Shown here: positions 29,614 through 38,310 of the stretch, piece after piece
Layout: each line of letters opens with the position of its first letter
How positions within the stretch are numbered: the first letter of the stretch is position 1
Virus record (IMG/VR): IMGVR_UViG_3300012942_000033
Span: 35,512-99,511 of that record
Source of the DNA: a virus
Lineage: Duplodnaviria; Heunggongvirae; Uroviricota; Caudoviricetes
DNA length: 64,000 bases
Strand: one strand, 5' to 3'
Position numbers and translations under genes: made by a program
The notes under the pieces: generated by a model
The model's input: only the letters and a program-made list of their open reading frames with translations
What the model was told of the DNA's origin: nothing
The model's database searches: none

Positions 29614-29625
29614 GAAAGGGAGTCT

Positions 29626-30000
29626 ATGTCGAATGGTCGTATTCTTCTAGTTGAGGATGAGCCAATGCTCCATTTCCTCTGGGAGGATATATGCGCGATC
29701 AACGATTTCGAAGTTGCCTTCACGGCCATGACCTGCCAGGAGGCGCTGGCTTACCTGGAAGAGAATAGTGATGACCTCTCGGGTGTTATCCTTGATGTGA
29801 ACCTACACGGTGAGATGTCTAATAGGGTAGCCGCCTATCTTAGAACCCTTGCCTTGCCAGTGGTAGTATCAACGGGTAGTCATCCAGATACGCTACCTCT
29901 GGAATTCAAGGGATGGCCCACACTTTGTAAACCTTACCGCCCTCACGACATTGTGAGCATTTTGCCAACCCTGGCTTTTAGCAAGCAGACAGTTAGGTAA
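29626..30000 (+). CDS. stand-alone response-regulator receiver (CheY-like) domain protein
   Basis: ILLVEDEP acidic pocket, VILDVNLHG with a candidate phospho-acceptor Asp, and VVVSTGSH. 124 aa with no output domain. Confidence 0.5.
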   Translation: MSNGRILLVEDEPMLHFLWEDICAINDFEVAFTAMTCQEALAYLEENSDDLSGVILDVNLHGEMSNRVAAYLRTLALPVVVSTGSHPDTLPLEFKGWPTLCKPYRPHDIVSILPTLAFSKQTVR

Positions 30001-30151
30001 CCAATCCTACATCTTCACTTGCAAGACCAGTTGATAGTCTGCATATAGTGCGAACGTGAACTGCCCCTCAACAGTTCACGCCGGGGTCTGGTGATGAGCC
30101 GGGGCTAACTTCTTCATTATCCAGACCCCATAGCCCGACTAAGTAGATCGT

Positions 30152-30454
30152 ATGGTAGACGATCTATTTCAGTGGCCTCGACCCCAAACAACCGTGGTGA
30201 ACCTCAAAGAGGAACACTATGATGTTCGTATTGATCGTAAGACCAAATGGGGCAATCCATTCGTCGTTGGCCGTGACGGCACTCGCGAGGAATGTATCCA
30301 ACAATTCGCCGATTGGGTTGTGGAGCAATCTCACCTAATGGAAGCGTTGCATGAACTCAAAGGTAAACGTCTGGGTTGTTGGTGTCACCCCCAAGCATGT
30401 CATGGTAACGTGCTTGCCAAACTTGCAGATGCGAGCAGACCTCCTACCAAATAA
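30152..30454 (+). CDS. DUF4326-like protein
   Basis: WGNPF...GKRLGCWCHPQACHG pattern recalled from the DUF4326 family. Confidence 0.45.
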   Translation: MVDDLFQWPRPQTTVVNLKEEHYDVRIDRKTKWGNPFVVGRDGTREECIQQFADWVVEQSHLMEALHELKGKRLGCWCHPQACHGNVLAKLADASRPPTK

Positions 30455-30464
30455 GATTTGACAG

Positions 30465-31127
30465 GTGACTCACCGTTCGCTTAGAGCGGTTCACATGGAT
30501 TTCATGGCCTTCCTCACCGCAACGCAGAATCTGGCTTTCCTTATTGCTGGCATTCTCGTAGCAGCAATCTTCGTCGTCGAGTTCCTAGGAACTATGATCG
30601 GGTTCTCCTTAAGTCATCTAGGACCTGACTTCCACATTGACCTAGATCATGATGGCACACCTGATCACCTTGAGGGTGCGGGCCTTATGGCTTGGCTCAA
30701 TCCTGGTGGCGTGCCGTTTATGATCTTCCTCACGTTGGGGACCACTATCTTCGCGATAGTGGGTTATGCGATTCAGGCTGTGAGTTGGTCTAACACCGCT
30801 TACCTTCTGCCTGGATTGGTCATTTGGCCAATTTCATTCCTATTGACGCTCATATGCGTTCGACCTTGGACCCGCTGGATCAACCGGGTTCTACCAAGGG
30901 AAGAAAGTAGCGATGTCAGCCTTAGCAGCCTTGTTGGTGAGTCTGGCGTAGTGACTGTGGGCCCTGTAACCAAAGAGCAATTTGGTTTCATCAGGGTTCG
31001 CGACAAGTTTGGCACTGATCATTCGATCCAGGTCGCAGCAAACAATGATGAGGTGTTTGCGATTGGTGCCGAAGTTCAACTAGTCGGACCTCACCCTACT
31101 AACCTGTATGCGTATCTAATCCGCTAA
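30465..31127 (+). CDS. NfeD-like membrane protein (partner of the SPFH/flotillin protein)
   Basis: Several N-terminal transmembrane helices. C-terminal OB-fold-like segment (GESGVVTVGPVTKEQFGFIRVRDKFGTDHSIQVAANNDEVFAIGAEVQLVG). Lies directly upstream of the flotillin gene, as in NfeD–SPFH operons. Confidence 0.6.
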   Translation: MTHRSLRAVHMDFMAFLTATQNLAFLIAGILVAAIFVVEFLGTMIGFSLSHLGPDFHIDLDHDGTPDHLEGAGLMAWLNPGGVPFMIFLTLGTTIFAIVGYAIQAVSWSNTAYLLPGLVIWPISFLLTLICVRPWTRWINRVLPREESSDVSLSSLVGESGVVTVGPVTKEQFGFIRVRDKFGTDHSIQVAANNDEVFAIGAEVQLVGPHPTNLYAYLIR

Positions 31128-31139
31128 CTGGAGAAAACC

Positions 31140-32876
31140 ATGTCTATCAAGTTCATTGGCTTGCTAGTCGGGCTGGCGGTCGTAGGATTCCTGATCCTCG
31201 GCATGATCATCACCCGGCTATATAAGCGAGCTTCCAAAGAGACTGCCTTCGTTCGCACCGGTATGGGCGGCCAGAAGGTGATCAAGGATGGCGGTGCGCT
31301 CGTCATTCCAGTCGTTCATGAAACCCTCGATATCAATATGCAGACCCTTCGTCTGTCGGTAAATCGCGGTGGTCAGAACGATTCGCTTATCACAAAGGAT
31401 CGCTTGCGCGTTGACGTGAATGCTGAATTCTACGTTCGGGTTGCTCCAGATACGGAGAGCATTGCTACGGCGGCTCAGACGCTTGGTCGGCGAACAATGG
31501 ATCCTAGCCAGCTAAGCACCCTCGTTGAGGGCAAGTTCGTTGACGCCCTGCGCGCTGCCGCTGCTTCGATGGATATGCAGGATCTGCATGAGAAGCGCAC
31601 CGAGTTCGTTCAGAAGGTCAAGACGACTGTTGCGGAGGATCTGAAGCAGAACGGTCTTGAACTTGAGTCGGTCTCGCTGACCAACTTGAACCAGACTGAC
31701 ATCAGTCACTTTGACGCCAACAACGCCTTCGACGCCGAGGGTCTTGCGGTCATTGCCAAGGTCACTAGTGCGCGCCGCAAGGAGCGCAATGACATCGAGA
31801 AGCAGACCGAGGTCGAAATCGAGACCAAAAATCTCGAGTCAACCAAGCGCACCTTGGAGCTCAAGCAAGAGGGTGAATTTGCTCGCCTGGATCAGGAGAA
31901 GCAGGTTCAGACTCGTGCGGCAGAGCAGGAATCGCAGCTTGCTATCGCTCGTGCGGAACGTGAACGTGAGGCGGCTGTCGCTGCTGAAGCGGCGAAGCAG
32001 GCGTCGGAACAGGCTCGTATTGAGCGTGAACGTGGCGTGAAGGTGTCTCAGACGGAAGCTGACCAGGCCACTGAACTGGCGGCTCAGGCCTCGCGTATTG
32101 CGGTTGCGGAGAAGTCAGAGGCAGAATCCAAGGCGAAGGCCAAGGCTGATGAGGCGCGAGCCGAAGCAACCAAGGCTGCTGAAAACGTGACGACCGTTTC
32201 GGCCACCGCACGAGCTGATCGTGAGGCGCAGATTGCGGTTATCGCTGCCGAGGGTGAAGCGAAGCAGAAAGCCGCGAGCATCACGGTTCAGGCCGAGGCT
32301 GAGCTCAAGGCTGCTGATTCACAGGCCAAGGCCAAGGAACGTCTCATCGAGGCTGACGCCAAGCGTTACGAGGTCGAATCCACGGGTCAGCGTTCGCTCC
32401 ATGAGGCTGGCAACGTGATCAGCCCCGAGAGCATGAACTTCCAGCTTCGGAAGGCCATGGTCGAGCGTCTGCCTGAGATCATCGAATCGATGACTAAGCC
32501 CATCGAGAAGATTGACAGCTTCCGTGTCGTTCATATGAACGGAGGCCTCAACATGGGCCATGGTGCTGCCAATGACGGCGCACCGGCTCTCGATAAGGGT
32601 AGCCTGTCGAATCAGATGACTGACGCTCTGCTGAACTATCGTATGCAGGTGCCATTCGTCGACGCGCTGGGCAAGGAACTCGGTATCGATTTCACTCAGG
32701 GCATGAATGGCATGGTGACTTCGGCGGGTCTCCCCGTTGAGGTTTCGGATCTGCCGGAAGAGCCCAAGCCCTCGATTCCGACCGAAGCACCTCGGTCTGC
32801 CACTACTCGTGAAGCCCCGCTGGCTCCTGAGGATAAGGCAGAGATCCAGAAGCTTGCTGGGATCGCCAACGGCTGA
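31140..32876 (+). CDS. flotillin-like SPFH/band-7 protein (FloT/YqiK-like)
   Basis: N-terminal transmembrane helix plus SPFH core, then a long Ala/Glu/Lys/Arg-rich coiled coil (EREAAVAAEAAKQASEQARIERE...). Confidence 0.8.
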   Translation: MSIKFIGLLVGLAVVGFLILGMIITRLYKRASKETAFVRTGMGGQKVIKDGGALVIPVVHETLDINMQTLRLSVNRGGQNDSLITKDRLRVDVNAEFYVRVAPDTESIATAAQTLGRRTMDPSQLSTLVEGKFVDALRAAAASMDMQDLHEKRTEFVQKVKTTVAEDLKQNGLELESVSLTNLNQTDISHFDANNAFDAEGLAVIAKVTSARRKERNDIEKQTEVEIETKNLESTKRTLELKQEGEFARLDQEKQVQTRAAEQESQLAIARAEREREAAVAAEAAKQASEQARIERERGVKVSQTEADQATELAAQASRIAVAEKSEAESKAKAKADEARAEATKAAENVTTVSATARADREAQIAVIAAEGEAKQKAASITVQAEAELKAADSQAKAKERLIEADAKRYEVESTGQRSLHEAGNVISPESMNFQLRKAMVERLPEIIESMTKPIEKIDSFRVVHMNGGLNMGHGAANDGAPALDKGSLSNQMTDALLNYRMQVPFVDALGKELGIDFTQGMNGMVTSAGLPVEVSDLPEEPKPSIPTEAPRSATTREAPLAPEDKAEIQKLAGIANG

Positions 32877-32906
32877 TCCTACCCTAGCAGGGCTTTGTAG
32901 GGAGGG

Positions 32907-33647
32907 GTGGCAGAAGTGCCACCCCTTTCCTATCTGAGTCTTTCTGTTGTAGACATTTCGGTAGCGAGCGCTAATACTGACTCTGACATGAGGAATAGCA
33001 TGACATTACGTATCGGAGGCATCGCAGCTTTGTGTGGTGCAGTTTGTGTCTTTGTGGGTGGTATGGCTGCGTTCCCCTTACATCTTATCGGTGACCTCAT
33101 GGTCAGCACTCCACTATCTGTGGCAACGGGTGTGGGTATTTGGTATTTCTGGCCTGGCCGCAAACCAGCCAATGATATCGAGACTCTGCTGAACGATCAG
33201 GAACTCCTCAAGAATGCGACCGGTCTGAGTAAGCGAGACATCGTCGAGACAATCAGGCTAGTAAGTGATAAGTTGGATCGCATCCTCATGAGTGCTGCTC
33301 AGATAAATGAGCCTAAGGTCACACGTCGTATCCAACATCTTGATGCGATTGGTCGGAAGATCATCGACGAGTTCAGGGTGCGACCCATTGGAATCCAGAG
33401 GTCACAAACATGGATCCATGCCTACTTGGATCAAGCCATTGAGTGCGTCGACCAATATGCTCAATTACATGGATCGAAGATCCGCAATGACGAGGTGCGA
33501 CGTCAGATGGTAGAGTTTGACGATATGTTGGTCGAACTCCAGGAGAAGTCGCAGGAATTGCTTGATCTGCTACTGACCCATGATACGACGACCTTCGATG
33601 TCAATGTTTCAGTATTTCGTGATATGATGAAGAACGAGGGAATCTAA
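32907..33647 (+). CDS. membrane protein (possibly XpaC-like); start likely downstream at MRNSMTLRIGG
   Basis: Two N-terminal transmembrane segments then a helical domain. Its position directly upstream of a TelA-like gene mirrors the Bacillus xpaC–yaaN pair. Confidence 0.35.
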   Translation: MAEVPPLSYLSLSVVDISVASANTDSDMRNSMTLRIGGIAALCGAVCVFVGGMAAFPLHLIGDLMVSTPLSVATGVGIWYFWPGRKPANDIETLLNDQELLKNATGLSKRDIVETIRLVSDKLDRILMSAAQINEPKVTRRIQHLDAIGRKIIDEFRVRPIGIQRSQTWIHAYLDQAIECVDQYAQLHGSKIRNDEVRRQMVEFDDMLVELQEKSQELLDLLLTHDTTTFDVNVSVFRDMMKNEGI

Positions 33648-34810
33648 TGACCGAGGCAACTATGACGCAGACCACCCTACCAGCTCTGACTCCTGAGGCA
33701 TCTCAGGTCTTGGATTCAACCTCGCTGGTTAGTTTGGCGCCGGCAGGCTCAGCGATTCAGATCACGAGTGTTTCTGAAGAGCGAGCCAAGGAGTTGGCTC
33801 AGAAGATCAACATCCACGACACACAGAGCATTATCGGCTTCGGTGTTGAAGCCCAGAAGGGTGTGACCCAGCTGAGTGAACAGATGCTTGAGGGTGTGCG
33901 AACCAAGGATACTGGCCCGGCTGGTGAAGCCCTCAACCTTATGGTTCATGAGATGCGTGGGCTGGATTTCAGCAAGCTCACATCCAAGCAAGGTTTGGTG
34001 GCGAGGATCCTCCACAAGGCCAGCAAGGTCACGCTATTCCTCGAGCAGTATGAAACGGTTCAATCGAAGATCAACAAGACCCAAGCGGTTCTTGATAGTC
34101 ACCGTATCCAGATGCTTCGTGGAGTGAAGGTGCTTGATCTGCTCTACAAGAAGACCCTCGAACTCCTGTATAACCTGGATGAGCAGATCGCAGCCGTTCA
34201 ATATAAACTCAACGAGGTCAACGCTAAGGATATCCCCGAGGCAAATGAGAAGGCCCAGCAGACCAAGGATATGGCTGACACCCAAGCGGCTGCTGATTTG
34301 ATCCAAGCTCGTGATGCCTTGGAGCGAAAGCTTCATGATCTACAGCTGAACCGCCAGATCACCATCCAGGCCCTACCTAGCATTCGTATCGTTCAATCCA
34401 ACGAAGTCGGTCTTTCGGAGAAGATCCAAGGCCAGATCCTCAACGCTTTGCCTCTTTGGAAGCGTAATATCGCACTAGCAGTCGAAATGGCGAAGACGCA
34501 GAATGCTGCCAAGGCCACCAAAGCAGCTAGTGATTTTACCAATGAACAGCTTCGTATTGGTGCGCAGATGCTTCAGCAATCCAACCTAGCGGTTCGAACT
34601 GAAATCGAGCGCGGTATGGTTGACATTGACAGCGTCAAGTTTGCCAACGATCAGTTGATCCAGACTATTGAGGATACGATCACGATCGCTCAGGAGGGTA
34701 AGAATATGCGAGCCCAGGCGGAACAGGAGCTCGCCCAGGCCGAGCAGAAGCTCAAGGAAACGCTTCTGAGCGCTGCTAATCGACAGGCGAATATGAAGGC
34801 TCTCGCGTAA
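33647..34810 (+). CDS. TelA-like (toxic anion resistance) family protein
   Basis: 387 aa, helical, with TelA-like conserved segments (IGFGVEAQKGVTQLSEQML, LNLMVHEMRGLDFSKL). ATGA overlap with the upstream gene. Confidence 0.55.
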   Translation: MTEATMTQTTLPALTPEASQVLDSTSLVSLAPAGSAIQITSVSEERAKELAQKINIHDTQSIIGFGVEAQKGVTQLSEQMLEGVRTKDTGPAGEALNLMVHEMRGLDFSKLTSKQGLVARILHKASKVTLFLEQYETVQSKINKTQAVLDSHRIQMLRGVKVLDLLYKKTLELLYNLDEQIAAVQYKLNEVNAKDIPEANEKAQQTKDMADTQAAADLIQARDALERKLHDLQLNRQITIQALPSIRIVQSNEVGLSEKIQGQILNALPLWKRNIALAVEMAKTQNAAKATKAASDFTNEQLRIGAQMLQQSNLAVRTEIERGMVDIDSVKFANDQLIQTIEDTITIAQEGKNMRAQAEQELAQAEQKLKETLLSAANRQANMKALA

Positions 34811-35259
34811 TGCGAAAAGCCACCCTTATCCTGGGTTGGTTGTGTCTTATCGGCGCGGTGGAGGGGCCAGGGCTCATAGCTAGCCCACCTGATAAGTTTG
34901 GATCACACGTAATCCAAATCGATCACGTCTATGATGGTGATACCTTCTACTTCAGGATGCCCGGTGCTTGGTCAGAGATCAGCATGGTAGGTGTTAGGGT
35001 GTTGGGTATTGACGCTCCTGAGAAGCGTGGTCGATGCCCTGCTGAACGCGCCTTGGCAAAAGAAGCCACTATTATGGCTCAACGCTTCTTAAGCCGTGGC
35101 CCGGTCACATTACAGCACGTTCGTTGGGACAAATACGGTGGTAGGATTGAGGCTGATGTTCTGGTTGACGGTCAGAGCCTCTCCGAGTATATGATCGACC
35201 AGAAGATGGCTCGACCCTATATGGGTGGTCATCGAGACAAAATGGAGTGGTGTCGTTGA
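34810..35259 (+). CDS. thermonuclease (staphylococcal nuclease-like) with an N-terminal signal or transmembrane segment
   Basis: SNase motifs GDTFYF and VRVLGIDAPE plus conserved Arg residues; hydrophobic N-terminus. Confidence 0.7.
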   Translation: MRKATLILGWLCLIGAVEGPGLIASPPDKFGSHVIQIDHVYDGDTFYFRMPGAWSEISMVGVRVLGIDAPEKRGRCPAERALAKEATIMAQRFLSRGPVTLQHVRWDKYGGRIEADVLVDGQSLSEYMIDQKMARPYMGGHRDKMEWCR

Positions 35260-35762
35260 CTGAGCAGTTTACTCTTTTCTACGGTGGGCCGGCAAGCCAA
35301 TGGTATGCCAGTGAGTTCACTGTTGATGGAGTGACCTACAACACCGCTGAGCAATACATGATGGCGCAGAAAGCCATCCTTTTTGATGATGCCGATGCCC
35401 TAGACATCATCATGAATACCGATAATCCGAAGATCCAGAAAGCCGCAGGTCGCCAGGTTCGAGGTTTCGATAAGGCACTCTGGGAGCAGAACGCCAAACT
35501 CTTCGTCTACCGCGCCAATTTCGCCAAGTTCACTCAGAACGCCGACCTTTTGGAATGGCTCATAGCAACTGTCGGTACAGCCCTTGTAGAAGCAAGCCCC
35601 TGGGACACCATCTGGGGGATAGGATTGGCAGCTAGTGATCCTCGAGCGCTAGATCGAAAGACCTGGAAGGGCACTAACTGGCTCGGTGAGATTATTACCA
35701 AGGTGCGCGCTGACATCATTGCGATGTCGATGATTCTCTTGGAACACCCGTTGGTATCCTAA
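35247..35762 (+). CDS. NADAR domain protein (YbiA/RibX-like N-glycosidase)
   Basis: FYGGPASQWYASEF..DGVTYNTAEQYMMAQKA...FTQN...LLAT...LVEASPWDTIWGIG aligns with E. coli YbiA. Confidence 0.7.
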   Translation: MVSLTEQFTLFYGGPASQWYASEFTVDGVTYNTAEQYMMAQKAILFDDADALDIIMNTDNPKIQKAAGRQVRGFDKALWEQNAKLFVYRANFAKFTQNADLLEWLIATVGTALVEASPWDTIWGIGLAASDPRALDRKTWKGTNWLGEIITKVRADIIAMSMILLEHPLVS

Positions 35763-36202
35763 TGGATCTACCTGATCTTTACAAGGATATCGTGAAGCAC
35801 CTGAGGGTGGTGCGTAATGTGGCCCGAGGTCACAAGGAAGCTCTCGGCACCAATGAGATCCAACACGATTGTATGACACCCTATGAGCGTGGTCGTATGA
35901 CTCGTTCATGTACCAGGCTCGGAGATAGGATTCATGACCTGATCGGTGAGCCAAGTCAGGCGAAGATTGCCTTCTCGTTCATGACCTATATGGTTGGCCT
36001 GGGCATCAATGGCTCCGCTTTCAGCAAGCCGGGCATCGGCACCTGGTCCAAATTGTGGCAGCTAGGCCAGCAATACATCCTGGATGAGAACATCACACAT
36101 GACCATTTCATCACTATGGTCAGCCACGTGGGTGGAATGTTGGATCAGCCATTAGCTGATGTTCCGGATCGTGTGATGCTCATGAAGCTCTCCATATCAT
36201 AA
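35762..36202 (+). CDS. hypothetical protein
   Basis: 146-aa ORF. Confidence 0.5.
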   Translation: MDLPDLYKDIVKHLRVVRNVARGHKEALGTNEIQHDCMTPYERGRMTRSCTRLGDRIHDLIGEPSQAKIAFSFMTYMVGLGINGSAFSKPGIGTWSKLWQLGQQYILDENITHDHFITMVSHVGGMLDQPLADVPDRVMLMKLSIS

Positions 36203-36226
36203 GCAAGTGATTTGCCCCGAGTATCG

Positions 36227-36234
36227 CTAAATAG
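36227..36234 (+). promoter_or_regulatory. candidate late promoter element (CTAAATAG)
   Basis: Lies about 26 nt upstream of the ATG at 36260. Confidence 0.4.
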
Positions 36235-36259
36235 GCTATACCCCTATAAGGAGAGATAC

Positions 36260-37210
36260 ATGGGACGTCCTCTTAACAAGAAGTTCTTCGGGGCCGGTTC
36301 GGGCGACCATTTCGTCGTTCTAGCTAAGGTCGGTGAAGACGATGTAGCTACCGCAGAGATTATCGAACAGACCGGCACCAAGCGTTTCGTAGTAGAAACC
36401 GAGAATGCTACCGGCGTTTGCGTTCTAGTTGACAAAGATTCTGATGATCTAGCGGCCGGTGAAATGCTTATCCAGGCCACTAACGCAGATGATGAGACTC
36501 AGAACGTCAAGGTTATCAAGGGTCGCACAGCCGTTCTAGCTGATGGCACGATCCACGCATGGTCGTTTGATGCTGCGGCAAATGCTCGAGTTCAAGTTAT
36601 TGCTGGTGAGGTTGAATCCGCTCCAGTCATCACCATCACTAACCAGCCCGGAGATGTCTCTGATGTTACCATTGGTGCATCGGTTCACTTCTACATCACG
36701 GCTACCGCAACTGAAGATGCCACCCCAACCTATCAGTGGCAGTCGGCTCCTTCGGGTTCTTCGACATTCACTGACATCGACGGCGCAACTGGCACGGAGT
36801 ATGACACTCCAGCGGTTAGCGAGGATGACAGCGGCCTGCAGGTTCGTTGTGTGGTTAGCGCAACCGGAGCTGAATCGGTTATCTCGAATGTCGCTACCTT
36901 GACAGTCAGAGCCCTTCCAGTGATCACGATCACATCGCAGCCAGAAAGCCAGACGGTCAATGATGGTGAGTCGGTAGACTTCACAGTTGAAGCCTCCGTT
37001 ACCGAGGATGCAACTCTTAGCTACGAGTGGCAATCGAGGATCGGTGAAGGTGCTTGGCAGCCAAACATTGGCAATGAAGCAACCTATCACATCGCAGGCG
37101 CATCGTCTTTGACTACTGGCACGGTCTTCCATTGTATTGTAAGTGCTACCGGTGGAGCAGAGCCAGTTACTTCCGATGAAGCTACCCTCACGGTCAACAA
37201 TCCAGGCTAA
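36260..37210 (+). CDS. Ig-like repeat structural protein (Hoc-like decoration or fibre protein)
   Basis: Start set at MGRPLNKKFFG, with Shine-Dalgarno AAGGAGAG. Three tandem Ig-like repeats (ITITNQPGDVSDVTIGASVHFYITATATEDATPTYQWQS / ITITSQPESQTVNDGESVDFTVEASVTEDATLSYEWQS). Paralogous to 37292..38263. Confidence 0.65.
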   Translation: MGRPLNKKFFGAGSGDHFVVLAKVGEDDVATAEIIEQTGTKRFVVETENATGVCVLVDKDSDDLAAGEMLIQATNADDETQNVKVIKGRTAVLADGTIHAWSFDAAANARVQVIAGEVESAPVITITNQPGDVSDVTIGASVHFYITATATEDATPTYQWQSAPSGSSTFTDIDGATGTEYDTPAVSEDDSGLQVRCVVSATGAESVISNVATLTVRALPVITITSQPESQTVNDGESVDFTVEASVTEDATLSYEWQSRIGEGAWQPNIGNEATYHIAGASSLTTGTVFHCIVSATGGAEPVTSDEATLTVNNPG

Positions 37211-37216
37211 TGATGA

Positions 37217-37251
37217 GCATGGCCTCGAGGATTACTCGAGGCCATGCTTTG
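37217..37251 (+). terminator. rho-independent terminator
   Basis: GCATGGCCTCGAG-GATTA-CTCGAGGCCATGC followed by TTTG. Confidence 0.65.
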
Positions 37252-37252
37252 A

Positions 37253-37260
37253 CTAAATAG
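37253..37260 (+). promoter_or_regulatory. candidate late promoter element (CTAAATAG)
   Basis: Lies immediately after the terminator and about 32 nt upstream of the ATG at 37292. Confidence 0.4.
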
Positions 37261-37291
37261 CAGACTTTGGGATTAACAGGAGGAGATCATT

Positions 37292-38263
37292 ATGGGTCGT
37301 CCAGTAGACAAGCAATTCTTTGGCCCAGATGCCATCCAATGTATTGCCAACGTGGGCAATGGTGAGGCAGCTGGATATATTGTTAAGCAGACCGCTTCTA
37401 GTGAGTTCCTCGTGAATGCCGGTGGTACCGAGAAGAAGTGTCACCTGGTTAACAAGGCCCCTGCTGATCTCCTGGTCGGCGAGATGGTGATTACCGTTCA
37501 GCTCGCTGATGATACTGTAGCCACGGTAACCACACTTAAGGGTCACAAGCTCACGACATCGCAGGGAAATCAGGTTGTCTGGAATACTGGTGTTCCAAGC
37601 AATCCAGCACCTGTCGCGGTGAGCACAAATGACGACGTGGTTCCTTTCCCCGATGCCACTCCGGTCGCTCCAACTGTTACTGAGAATGGCTCGATTTCGA
37701 CCAAATTCACGGCCGATAACCGTATGCTCGTAGGCACGGGAAACCCAATCAACAACATGATGATTGCTACTGACGGAGTGATCGAGGTTGCCATCGGCGC
37801 TCACTTGTACAATGATAGCAATGTGCCTGCCTCAGTTGATTCCAAGTACACCATGCAGTTGGCAACTGGTATCCAGGATAGCCTGGGCAATCCTAAGGAT
37901 AACAAGTGGGTCTATGCTTACAGCATTGGCCTGAAGCAGAACCCAAACCTCAAGGCTATCACTGACCTCTACGATGTGACGGCAAGCCTTAAGAAGGATG
38001 ATGCTGAGGTAGCTACCTTGACTCTAGAGAAGGCTGATGATAGCCTGCAGTTCGTCTTTGGTATCGCGGATAACGATCCAATCACTGATAGCTATGTGGG
38101 TACGCACCTAGAAGTCATCCAGAATACAGAGCGTTTCGACTTCATTGATTCCTCGTACACCGATGGTAGCTATTCGGTTTCGTTCACCGCAACCCCAAAG
38201 GGTGTTGGTGATCCAGTAACTGCGGCATTTACCGTAGAAGTCGCTGCTCCTGTAGCACCGTAA
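37292..38263 (+). CDS. structural protein, paralog of 36260..37210
   Basis: Shares the N-terminal MGRPVDKQFFG...VGNGEAAGYIVKQT...C.LVNK...DLLVGEM module. Strong Shine-Dalgarno AGGAGGAG. A terminator follows. Confidence 0.65.
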   Translation: MGRPVDKQFFGPDAIQCIANVGNGEAAGYIVKQTASSEFLVNAGGTEKKCHLVNKAPADLLVGEMVITVQLADDTVATVTTLKGHKLTTSQGNQVVWNTGVPSNPAPVAVSTNDDVVPFPDATPVAPTVTENGSISTKFTADNRMLVGTGNPINNMMIATDGVIEVAIGAHLYNDSNVPASVDSKYTMQLATGIQDSLGNPKDNKWVYAYSIGLKQNPNLKAITDLYDVTASLKKDDAEVATLTLEKADDSLQFVFGIADNDPITDSYVGTHLEVIQNTERFDFIDSSYTDGSYSVSFTATPKGVGDPVTAAFTVEVAAPVAP

Positions 38264-38268
38264 TTGAG

Positions 38269-38294
38269 AATGGCGGGGAGATCTCCCCGCCATT
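38269..38294 (+). terminator. rho-independent terminator
   Basis: AATGGCGGGGAG-ATCT-CTCCCCGCCATT followed by GTCTTG. Confidence 0.6.
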
Positions 38295-38310
38295 GTCTTG
38301 AGTGAAATTC

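Noticed and set aside
29626-30000. Possibility that the receiver-domain ORF is a full response regulator
   Set aside because: At 124 aa it has no room for a DNA-binding output domain, so it is called a stand-alone CheY-like receiver only.
36536-37132. 198-aa antisense ORF within the Ig-like repeat gene
   Set aside because: It lies entirely inside a well-supported repeat-containing sense gene and has no independent signals.
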